This document shows positions 38,201 to 50,600 of a DNA stretch of 64,000 nt, one piece after another. Location: NCBI RefSeq assembly GCF_006345805.1, contig NC_043019.1:21203360-21267359 (forward strand), written 5' to 3'. Origin of the DNA: Octopus sinensis (Eukaryota). Position numbers and translations under genes: made by a program. Position 1 is the stretch's first letter. Each line of letters begins with the position of its first letter. The notes under the pieces were generated by a model. The model was given only the letters and a program-made list of their open reading frames with translations, did no database searches and had not been told where the DNA came from.

Positions 38201-41200
38201 TGTTTTTTGTTCCTTAATTCTTTTGTCTCGACTTGATGTAGCTAAGAGGTTATTTGAAAAATTATTGTTTTAATTTAAATATTAGAAAGCATAGCTGTGA
38301 GAGAAATATAACCATGTTAGTACATTCTTTCTATGTTTTTGTTGTGTGAAAAAAAAGTGGTGGAGAGTCTTCCGACAGACTGTTTCACAATTTGTTAATT
38401 GCTCTTCAGAGATTACATGTATTCTTCACATCTTCAAAAGCATAGAGCCTACAGATCTGTTGACATGAAATCGTTGTTGGTTTCACTGATTGTAGCTCAG
38501 TACTGTTTCATATTAAGCACTCCGGATGTAAACATTGGCACACCCACATAACAGGCCTCTTCCTCCCACATTCACTCACAAGTCATTGGTGGGCCCAGGG
38601 CTGTACCTTAAACCCCATGCTTGCAAAGTGAACTTCTTAATCAACACAATCAAGCATTCTACAATTTATTTTATTTCTTTTATCTTTTAGTTTTTACTTG
38701 TTTTGGTTATTAAACTGTGGCCACGCTGAGCCACCACCTTAGAGAATTACTTATTTTTATTTTAAACTTGGTACTTATTCTATCAGTCTCTTTTGCCAAA
38801 CCATTAAGTTACAGGGATGTAAACACACCAGCACTGGTTGATAAACAGTGGTGGGGGACAAACACATGCATGCACACACGCGTGCGCGACAGGTTTCTTT
38901 CAGTTTCCTTCTACCAAATCTACTCACAAGGCTTTGGTCAGCTTGAAGATTTATATAGTAGAAGACATTTGCCCAAGGTGCTGGTTGGGAAGCAATTCCC
39001 TGAGAACTACATTAAAGGTATGCCCCACGGTGAGCTGGCAGAAATGTTAGCACGCCGGGCGAAATGAGTTCAAATTCCGCCGAGGTCGACTTTGCCTATC
39101 ATCCTTTCGGGGTCAATAAATTAAGTAGCAGTTATGCACTGGGGTCTTGTCGATCATATTAACTGGAACACTTGTCATCATAACCGATAGAGAGCCAAGA
39201 TATCTTTATAAGAAATCAGTCTTATGATTGATTGATTGATTCTAGTTTCAGCTCATGAGCTGTGGCCATGCTGGGGCACCGCCATTATGTTAGTTGTTTC
39301 TTTTTTTTTTTTATTGCTCTCTATTGTTTCGTGTTTTTATTATTTTTTTTCCTCCCCCAGCTACTGCAGAAACTTGTTCCATATCCAATACCTGTGCTCA
39401 GATATGTGAGAAATACTCCGTTGGCTTCAAATGCAGTTGTAACACTGGAACTAAACTTGCCAATGATGGTGTCTCTTGCATAGGTATGTGAAATAAATTC
39501 CGTTTTTTAAATGCCATCTTCATTTTAAAGCATCGCCTTTTTTGTTGTCCATCCACCAACACCCCACTCTCCCACTATTAACTATGATTACTTCGCTGCC
39601 TTCACTTGTAAGCAAATATGACCCTTGCAGCTTGTATAATGCTTTTGATAATTGTTTAAATTACCTATTTAGCCATGAGTAAACCTTTCTTGGCCCTCTC
39701 ACACTTGATCCAGTGCAACAGCAAAAGCTGGAGAGGAAGACACACACAGAAAGTAGGAAGCAGCAGCACTTGGCTGCCACACATTTTCAACTGAGCAGGC
39801 AGGAGCAACGTGAAATGATGTACCTTGCTCAAGAACACACTGTGCTGCTCAGTCCAGGAGCCGATTACCCTATCCCATGCTTCCCAAAAAGGGTCCATCT
39901 AAGATTTTGTTATCTGCAATAAATTGGTTATACTTCTACAATGCACAAAATATTTTAATAATTATTTTTATACAATTTCTAATAATATTTAATAATAAAA
40001 ATACAATGTGAATTTTTAAACATCAAATGGCTTTGAATTTTGAGGGCCCATCTGAGTAAAATAGGAAACACTGATCAGAAGCGCTCAGGTAATCTTCCAG
40101 CCATATTTGCCTTACATGGAATCATTATCTTCAGTGAGCTCCATTGAATGGATTAAAAGACACCAAAGTGACATATCCCAACATGAAATCAGTGTCTTCA
40201 CTTCCCTCATCACCCTCCACCTCCATCACCCATTTCCGTTGACATTCTCATTTTGACTTCTTTCAATTTCAGATGTAAATGAATGTCAACTGCATGGCTA
40301 TTGTCCACAACTCTGCACCAACTTTTACGGTGGTTATAACTGTTCGTGTGAGAAAAACTTTGTTCCAATGTATGAAAACCACCGGTTTGAATGCAAGGCC
40401 AATGGTAAGAGTTTATTGCTTAACCCTTTAGCATTCAGATTGCTCTGTCAAATGTAATTCTTATTTATTCTCATTGTTTTTAAGTTGATCATATAATATC
40501 TTATCGCCTCAATAGTTAAATCATGTGATTGTTTATCTTTAGATAAGTGTTTTAAGAGTGCTGGTCCCACATAAAAAATACTGATAGTGGAGCCACGTAA
40601 AAAGCACCCAGTACACTCTGTAAAATAGTTGACATTAGGAAGGGCATCATCATTGTTTAACGTCCGTTTTCCGTGCTAGCACGGGTTGGATGGTTCGACC
40701 GGGGTCTGGGAAGCCAGGAGGCTCCAGTCTGATCTGGCAGTGTTTCTACAGCTGGATGCCCTTCCTGGTGCCAACCACTCCGTGAGTGTAGTGGGTGCTT
40801 TTTACGTGCCACCGGCCAGCTGTAGAAATCAAGCCAAAAGAGACTATGAAATCTGGTGTGGCCCCTGTCCTTACCAGTTCCTGTGAAGCCATTCAATCCA
40901 TGCCAGCATGGAAAATGGATGTTAAATGCTAATAATGATGTGTCTATATAGTTGTGAGTAGACACCTTCTCAACCCTCCCATCCTTGACTCAGCAGAACA
41001 TTAAAAACGTGACAACGGGAGGGTGAGATGGGATGGGTTGCACCAGTACTCAGCTGGTACTCATTTTCAGTTGAGTACACTGGTGCTGTGTGAAATGAAG
41101 TGTTTTGCTCAAGGACGCAGCACACTGCCCAGGACAGGGATTGAATCTACAATTTTATGATAGTAAGCTGCGTGCATTCACAAAGAAGAGGATAATAGAC

Positions 41201-43034
41201 TGAATAAATTTATTTAAATTTATCATAAACTTTTGGTAACAGTCAGATATTATGGCAGTCAGGAATAACACAATAAGTAGGTGATAATTACAGATTAAAC
41301 CAAATGAAATGTGGAAGACACTGGGACAAGATACCATGCAGTGATATTAAACCCAAAACTACATGTTTAGGAAGCATACCTCTTTACCATTCAGCTATGT
41401 CTGTGTCTGTTGCTTAATAATATTTTCTTCTAGCACAATCTTATCATCATCATCATCATCGTCATCATCGTTTAATGTCCGTTCTCCATGCTAGCATGGG
41501 TTGGACGGTTCGACCGAGGATCTGGGAAGCCAGAAGGCTGCACCAGACTCCAGTCTGATCTGGCAGTGTTTCTACAGCTGGATGCCCTTCCTAACGCCAA
41601 CCACTCCGTGAGTGTAGTGGGTGCTTTCTACGTGCCACCGGTACAGGTGCCAGGCGAGGCTGGCAACGGCCACGATTGGATTGGTGCTTTTTACATGCCA
41701 CCGGCACGGAAACCAGTCAAGGCAGTGCTGGCATCGGCCACGTTCGGATGGTGCTTTTTACGTGTCACCGGCACAGGGATCACAACTTGGTAACAATTCA
41801 AAATAGCCTTCAAATATGAAAACAAAAATCCTCTTTCCCCTGCTCCAGATGATCTTATTTGTAACAATGTAATGATTACCTTAATCTGATTTTAAATTTA
41901 ATTCCTTCTCTTGTCCTTTTAGGCGAAGATGCTTTCTTATTGATAGCTGAAGAGAACACCCTTCATGTCAGTAGCCCATCGAGGGACATTGAGAAACTCA
42001 GGGTTTGGACAGTCAGTAACTGCTTTTAACTTTTATTTCTTTCCTTTTTTTATAATGTATTCATTGTTCAGTTTTTCTTCAAAACATTTTGACCTTCTTG
42101 TTTCCAGCATTTTGGTGGCCATGTAATTAAGGGTATTCGGCTCATGATTGTAAGGTCAGGAGTTTGAGACACCAAAGCACATCATGTCCTTCAGCAAGAC
42201 ACTTCACTTCACATGGCTCCAGATCACTCAGATGGCAAAAATGAGTTGTACTTGTAATTCAAAGGGCCGGCCTTGTCACATTCTGTGTCATGCTGAATCT
42301 CTCTGAGAACCATGTATCTGTGGAGTACTCAGCCACTTGTACATTAATTTCATAATCAAGCTGTTCCATTGATTTGATCAACTAGAAACCTCCTCATCAT
42401 AACTGACAAAGAATCTGTCTCTTTGAAGTTCCTCTCAGTAAGATTGATGAATTCTTTAGAGCAGCATTTGGCGACTAAGATTCCTCAAGATGTTGTTAGA
42501 GGTTCTGTAAAATAATAGAAAGAAATAGATACAGTGTATGTAATTGAAACAGCATTAAATTAAAATAGTCTTCGGTGTACTGCACTTAAGGTATATACAC
42601 CATTGAAAGGCATGATGCTTGACATTTGTCTGAGAGAAAATCTCTTCAAAGACATGTGTTAAAAACCCTATATATATATATATGTGTACACACACACATA
42701 CATACATAAATATTGGGGCAAGGCAAACCCCTAAGAATACCAGATGCATTTTGGTCTTTTCAGGCCTTGTTATTGATGTGTACCTGTTTGTCACATGTCT
42801 AAATGAAGTTTGTTTCCTCTGATCTACAAGGAACAGATAAATAATTATACATTCACTGATATCGCAAAAAGTTTGCTGGACTTTATAAAGTTGGTGAATG
42901 CAATTAAAACAAAATTAAATTACAATAACCATCTGCAAAACATTTCAAGAAATGAACAAGGAAAGCAAAAGGAAAAGTCCCCTCAGCTAAATGGGTGGAC
43001 TATTTGAAAGATGGGGAGAGGTGGTTTTCGACTG

Positions 43035-43080
<46 letters not shown>

Positions 43081-43420
43081 GTGTGTGTACATATATATTT
43101 GTGTGTATTTGTTTGTCTCCCCCTCCCCCACTGCTTGACAACCAGACTTAAAAATATATATTAGGGTTTATTTGTTTGACTAAACTCTTCAAGAAAGTAC
43201 CCCAGCATGGCCACAGTCCAATGACTGAAACTAATAAAAAGAAAGACTGTACCTAGGTGCAGGAGTGGCTGTGTGGTAAGTAGCTTGCTAACCAACCACA
43301 TGGTTCAAGGTTCAGTCCCACTGTGTGGCATCTTGGGCAAGTGTCTTCTGCTATAGCCCCGGGCCGACCAATGCCTTGTGAGTGGATTTGGTAGACGGAA
43401 ACTGAAAGAAGCCTGTCGTA

Positions 43421-43475
<55 letters not shown>

Positions 43476-44647
43476 ATATGTGTTTGTGTGTCTGTGTTTG
43501 TCCCCCTAGCGTTGCTTGACAACCGATGCTGGTGTGTTTATGTTCCCGTCACTTAGCGGTTCGGCAAAAGAGACTGATAGAATAAGTACTGGGCTTACAA
43601 AGAATAAGTCCCGGGGTCGATTTGCTCGACTAAAGGTGGTGCTCCAGTATGGCCGCAGTCAAATGACTGAAACAAATAAAAGAGTAAAAGAAAGAAATGC
43701 TTACCTAGACACAAATAAACTCCATAAATCACATTATAATTTGTCAAATAAATACCCAAATCAATAACCCAACCTTCTCTGTCAAATGGATGATTGTCAT
43801 GGCTTGTTTCACTTTCTGTTTCTGTTTTTCCCCTTCAAAAACTTTGACGAATTCCATTCAATCGAATATTTACACCGAAACTATTACGCTTATTTATTCC
43901 TATATTTATTTATTTATTTTCCAGCACAAAAAAGGAGAGAAAATCTCCAGTATTCAGCTCGACATCGATGCAAATGTCGTCTTCATGTTGCTGAATGGCG
44001 AGATTACTAAGATGGGTCTTCCTGTTGTTAACATCAAGAAAAGAGATACTTATCAGTCAAATATACAAGTGAGTTTGCTGTTCAATAAATGTCTAATAAT
44101 ATCAATAAACTCCTAAATGCATATTTGACATCATAAAGCACCAGTCAGAGACAGCAAAGAGTGAAGCCGACAGACTCCATGGCATGGCTAAGTCCTTTAG
44201 CATTTAGATTACTTTGTCGAATGTGATGTTTATTTATTCACATTGTTTTGAGTTAACCCTTTTAGCATTTACAGTATTTTGTCAAAAGTAATTGTTTTTT
44301 ATTCACATTGTTTTGAATTAATCATGATGGTATTGTAGGGTTTGCGTAAGAGGCCAGATCTGGCCAGTTTGACCATAAAGCAGATGGAATACTTTGGCTG
44401 AATATGGCTAAAAGGATAATCATGCCCAAGAAAAGGCTATCAAATATTTGTTTGTACCTTTTATTAATTTTTTTTTACATAGGTGCAGGAATGGCTGTGT
44501 GGTAAGTAGGTTGCTTACCAACCACATGGTTCCGGGTTCGGTCCCACTGGGTGGCACCTTCGGGCAAGTGTCTTCTACTATAGCCTCGGGCCGACCAAAG
44601 CCTTGTGAGTGGATTTGGTAGACAGAAACTGAAAGAAGCCTGTTGTG

Positions 44648-44694
<47 letters not shown>

Positions 44695-47600
44695 CTGTGT
44701 TTGTCCCCACAAAATCGCTTGACAACCGATGCTGGTGTGTTCATGTCCCCGTAACTTAGCGGTTCGGCAAAAGGGACCGATAGAATAAGTACTAGGCTTA
44801 CAAAGAATAAGTCCTGTGGTCGATTTGCTCGACTAAAGGTGGTGCTCCAGCATGGCCGCAGTCAAATGACTGAAGCAAGTAAAAGAGTATATAGACTTAT
44901 TTTGTCAGTAGATGTTTAAATAACAATAATTTGCAATTGTCATCATCATCGTTTAAACATCCCTGTTCTATGCCGGCTTAGGTTGGATGGTTTGACAAAA
45001 TCTGATCGGTCCAGGACTGCTTTGTGCTCTAGTGTCTTGTTCTGGTGCCCTTCCTAACACCAACAACTTTCAAGCAGGTACCAACTGCTTCTTTGTGCTA
45101 CCAGAACTAGTGAGGTCACCATACAGCCTGCAAGACTATGAACTAGAAGGGCTTTATACTAGGAAATGAAAGGTTAAAGTACAAGAGAAGAGGTCACATT
45201 TTCAATAAAAGCAGGAATATATATTGGTGTTGTATTATATTACCATGTTGCAGTAAATATATCAAATCGCATCTTGAAAATCTCCATCACTTTCACTATC
45301 AAAATACTATTCCTCATCATCATCATCGTTTAACGTCCGCTTTCCATGCTAGCATGGGTTGGACGGTTCATCCAAATACGACTCACTGTTATTTTCTTTT
45401 TTTTTTCTTATTTCTTTTATGTTTTGCAAGTTTGTAGTGTAAATCCTTCTAAGTTGTAACTTGCTTGTTGAAGCCATACCAGTAATTACAAAAACAAAAT
45501 GGATCTCCATTTCAAATGTTGAAAAAAAAAAAAAGAAAAGAAAATGTTGAAAACGTTTTAGTATTTATAATTTTATTTAGATTGAAATTGCTTTATCTTG
45601 CATTTGCAAGAGTTTGATGATGTTGTGATGATGATGATGCGCATTATCTCGTATGTGAAATTACATCATTGTGTAAGTCTTATAGACTGGATCTGGCTGG
45701 TTTGAACATAGAACAGAATATTTGGAAGTACTTGGTTCAAATCCTAAAGGATTAAACTACATATCTAGAAATTGGTACTTTTTATGTCTAAAAGAGTCTA
45801 TTTATATCATCATCATCATCATTTAACGTCCGCTTTCCATGCTAGCATGGGTTGGACGGTGCAACTGGGGTCTGGGAAGCCCGAAGGCTGCACCAGGCTC
45901 CAGTCTGATCTGGCAATGTTTCTACGGCTGGATTGTCAGATCAGACTGGGCCTGGTGCTGCCTTCGGGCTTCCCAGACCCCAGTTGCACCGTCCAACCCA
46001 TGCTAGCATGGAAAGCGGACGTTTAATGATGATGATGATGATGATATAAATAGACTCTATAAAATTAGTGTGTTATAGAGGGCACTAGCAGTACAGACAA
46101 AATATTAAATATCTAACGGTGGCAAAAATACACATTATTACTACACATTCCTCTCATCACTCATGCTTCTCACTCTGTGAAGAGACCAGTGAACAGACAC
46201 ACCTCATACTCTCACAGTGAGCGGGCCCTTTAATGTGTGTCTCATTCTTTCTCTTATTCGCTCTCTCTTTCTCTCTCACATACTAGGATGTTAAACCTGT
46301 TACCTTGAAATTCTACAGACCAGTTGAACCAGTTGATCTTGCCATAGACTGGGTTGATAAACACATCTACTGGACTGACCATGCTGTTCGAGGGATCCGC
46401 ATGGCTGATTATAATGGTACCTACATGCATACCTTTACCAGAAGCAGATACTTGAGTCCTTATGCCATTGCTGTTGATCCAATACACAAGTAAGTCACCC
46501 ATTTCTGATTTTTTTCTTTTCTAATGGTTAATTATTTATTTATTACGGAGATGTACTCGCATAGCAAGTGACCTGATCTGAGATCGTGTGCTGGAACGAA
46601 AACAATTGCAGCGTGGTAGGTGTTTGTAAGCCATTTAAGAAACACACAAAAGCCGTTCGATTCACTTCAACATTTAAGTTTAATTTGTCAAAATATTTTC
46701 GTCGCTAAAATCCGCGACCTGTTCACTGACAAAAATCCATGCAGCACAAATTTTTGTCAGTGAACAGGTCGCGGATTTTAGCGACGAAAATATTTTGACA
46801 AATTAAACTTAAATGTTGAAGTGAATCGAACGGCTTTTGTGTGTTTCTTAAATGGCTTACAAACACCTTCCACGCTGCAATTATTTATTTATTTTAGATT
46901 GAATTAATGGATGGCTTTCTATTTTTTCTTTCTTTTTCCCCTTAGGAAAATATTTTGGACTAACCACGACCATTTTCCTCAGATTGAAAGTTGTGACCTG
47001 GATGGACATAATCGTAAAGTTTTGGTTTACAAGAATATTAAGCGTCCTTCAGGTCTGGCTTTAGACATTCCTAATCGCCGACTCTACTGGGCCGACATAG
47101 CAACTAAGACAATCGGAACCGTGGACATTGATGGCAATGATCAACAGCAAGTTGCAAAATTCATTCAAGGTAAAAAGACAGCTTTTTTGGGGTGGGGTGT
47201 ATTATCCTGTCTTTATTTTATGTTATTAAATTGGTGTTTGGGACAGAAATGAACTTTGTTTTAGAAATGATTAAATAAGATTACTTTAAAATAAAAGGTT
47301 TTTGCATCCCAGAAATACAGGTGGTTGTCTCAAATGGATTGGTATCAAAAAAAGTTAAATAAAAAATAAAACAATATGGTTTGTAAAAGTAACTATGGTT
47401 TACATAGGCATAGATTTAATAAAGTTTGCAACTCTATATTGTGTGCTTATAGCACAAGTAGGGTTTGGCTCAATGTATTCCTAAACCCTTTAAACTTCTC
47501 TCGGATCAAGATGTATTATGACTCACTTCTTTCATATTACATTTTGTAAACAATTTAGTCATCATTATTTTAACAGATTTCCAGTGAATCTCCAACTGGT

Positions 47601-50600
47601 TCACTGCATTTAAAATGATTAAAAATAACATTGGTACCAATCCAGTAGAACAATTACCATCAGGTATTTTTGTTCAAAAGTACCAGTTTTGTCATCGTCA
47701 CTGAAAGATATATGCCAGCTCTATGGACTGCCCTCTGTGGTCATCATGTCTTAGCAATCTCAGAAGGTCTCCAAATGCCATGTGCATTATCCCTTCTTCC
47801 AAACCCAGCAAGAAAAAAAAAGTTGCAGTCTTGTACATTTACTTACTGATTCATTCATCCTTATTATGACAAGTAGAGTGAAGAATATATTTCGCTAATG
47901 AGGTCAGAACAAGTTTAAAACATTTACGGTTAGTGATATCTGTGTTTGCCAGGAAATTAAAAACATTTAACAGCTTATCAAATATTTGGGGTTTAATTTT
48001 CACTTCATGTTATTTTAAATTAATTTTTGTTTTGTTTGTATTAATGCTCCAAGAGAAATATAACTTTTGTTGCTGCTAGTTATGCAAGGACTTACTCTTC
48101 CTTGTACCATATATACAAACAATTTGACTCCTACGATGTACTTAAAAAGTTTTTTGCCTGGATTTTAATTTATGTTGTGTCAAGATTAATCAGCCGAAAT
48201 TGCGAGGATGATCCAGTTCTTGACTGAAGATTGAAGGCTTCGAATGTCCTGTCCGTGTTTTTTGCATTGTCTTCTAAATGTTTTGCGTTCTTGTCCCAGT
48301 TTGTATTTTTTTAATACATACATACATACATATATATATATGTCTCTGTGTGTGTGTGTGTGCATGCGTGTATGATCCTTACATACTTGTACATATATAC
48401 ATATGTGTAAAAATATGATCTTTTGATTCCAGTTGCTGGTGGACCTTACAAACTTGATGTCTTTGAAAATCACATTTATGTTGTGATGAGTCAGAATCTA
48501 AACGTCATAAAAATGGACAAGTTTTCAACGGGCAACCCAAAGACTGTTCTACGTAAAGACATGATGTTTATTGGAGATATTAAAGTTGTCCAACAATTCA
48601 AGCAAAGAGTTGGTGAGTTCTAGTTGTTATTGGTGTTGTTATTGATGTTCTTGTTGTTGCTGTTGTTTAGCCCTAGGTCAGGGTTGATTGATGCAAACCC
48701 ATGATCAAATCCATTTCAGTTGTCACATCACCAATACTTCATATTGTTCTAAGACCATAGCAAAATTTTTCCCAAGAATGTTTTCTGCAGGAAGAACATA
48801 TAGTTAAGTGCTGGTTACCAGGTTAAGTTTGGTAACCTGCACATAACTTATAAAATCTGCATCAACGTATCTTGCCTGACCCATCCAACCATAGAAAAGG
48901 AAATCAATCAGTGTGGTACGGTACCTGGTTACGCTAGCAGACTCACTCACAAGTGATAACTGATCCTTGTTAATAATCTGAAGTAGATTGATAATGGAAT
49001 TAATTTGTAATTTAAACGAGTCTACTCTGAACCAATGGCCAAAACTTATTCAGGTTTCTGAGGTGTTTTGAGGCAACCGGAAATTTAAGATTCCTCTCCA
49101 GGTATGACACCAATCCATTGCAGGGTTCAACATCTCCCCGTCTACCACTGCTATTCATTTTCTGCTGTGTGGACTGCAGCAATAAAGGGACATGAAATGT
49201 CTTACTCAAGGACATGGTGTGTAACCTAATCCAAGAATTGAACCAAGGATCTGATGATTCATGAGCTCAGCACCCTAACCACAAGGTTGAGTGCCTTCAC
49301 TTGTAATCTACTACTACTACTGCTACTACTACTACTACTACTAATAATAATAATAATTAATAATAATAATTAATAAATAATAATTTATAAATAATAATAA
49401 TAATAATAATTAATAAATAATAATTTATAAATAATAATAATAATTAATAAATAATAATTTATAAATAATAATAATAATTTATAAATAATAATAATTTATA
49501 ATTAATAATAATAATTTATAAATAATAATAATTTATAATTAATAATAATAATTTATAATTAATAATAATAATTTATAATTAATAAATAATAATAATAATT
49601 TATAAATAATAATAATAATTTATAATTAATAATAATAATTTATAATTAATAATAATAATTTATAATTAATAATAATAATTTATAATTAATAAATAATAAT
49701 AATAATTTATAAATAATAATAATAATTTATAAATAATAATAATAATTTATAATTAATAATAATAATTTATAATTAATAATAATAATAATAATAATTAATA
49801 ATAATAATAATAATAATTAATAAATTATAATAATAATAATTTATAATAATTAATGATAATAATTAATAATAAATAATAATAATGATGGACTCTCCTATCA
49901 AAGATGACGTATGAGTGTTCAGCTCTTGCCAAACGACCTGCACAAATGATTTGTTTATAGTGATTGAATGTATGTGTTGTTCATTAGCTCACTCCTTCCA
50001 TCAAATTGACGGTGCCCAAACAGGTGCATGGTGTCAGGTGTCAAAAGTGGTCGCAGAGTAACGAGAAATGAAGTGTTTTGCTCAAAAGCACAATGCACCA
50101 ACCAGTCTAGGAAATGAAACAGTGATCTCGCAATCATGTGTGCCACACCCTAACTACCAGGCCATGCGTTCTCATAATAATAATAATCCTTTTTACTAAA
50201 GGTACAAGGCCTGAAATTTGTAGGGAGGAGTAAATCAAATACATTGACCCCAGTACTCAACTGGTACTTATTTTATCCACCCCGAAACGATGAAAGGCAA
50301 AGTGAACTACAGCAGAATTTGAACTCAGAATACTGCTAAGCATTTCGCCCTGTGTGCTTACAATTCTGCCAGTTCGCTGCCTTCAATAATAATAATGATA
50401 ATAATAATAATTCAAAAATTATAGAGACTGGCTTCTAAATTTGTTCTTGTTTGTTTTATTTTTGTTTTTCCCCATTCGTTAATCAAATCTTAATTATGAT
50501 TTTTTTTTTTTAAATTTGGTTTTAGTGAAATCCAAATGCAAGAAAAACACTTGTAAAAAATACGAAATGTGTGTCACAAATCCTGATCAGTCGACAGCTT

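Noticed and set aside
42810-43007. 65-aa plus-strand ORF as a possible extra exon
   Set aside because: No propeller motif, and exons 28-29 already give LRP1-like spacing.
48186-48310. AATCAGCCGAAATTG, similar to the 3' half of H4
   Set aside because: Core and 5' half are absent, so it cannot be called a ribozyme.
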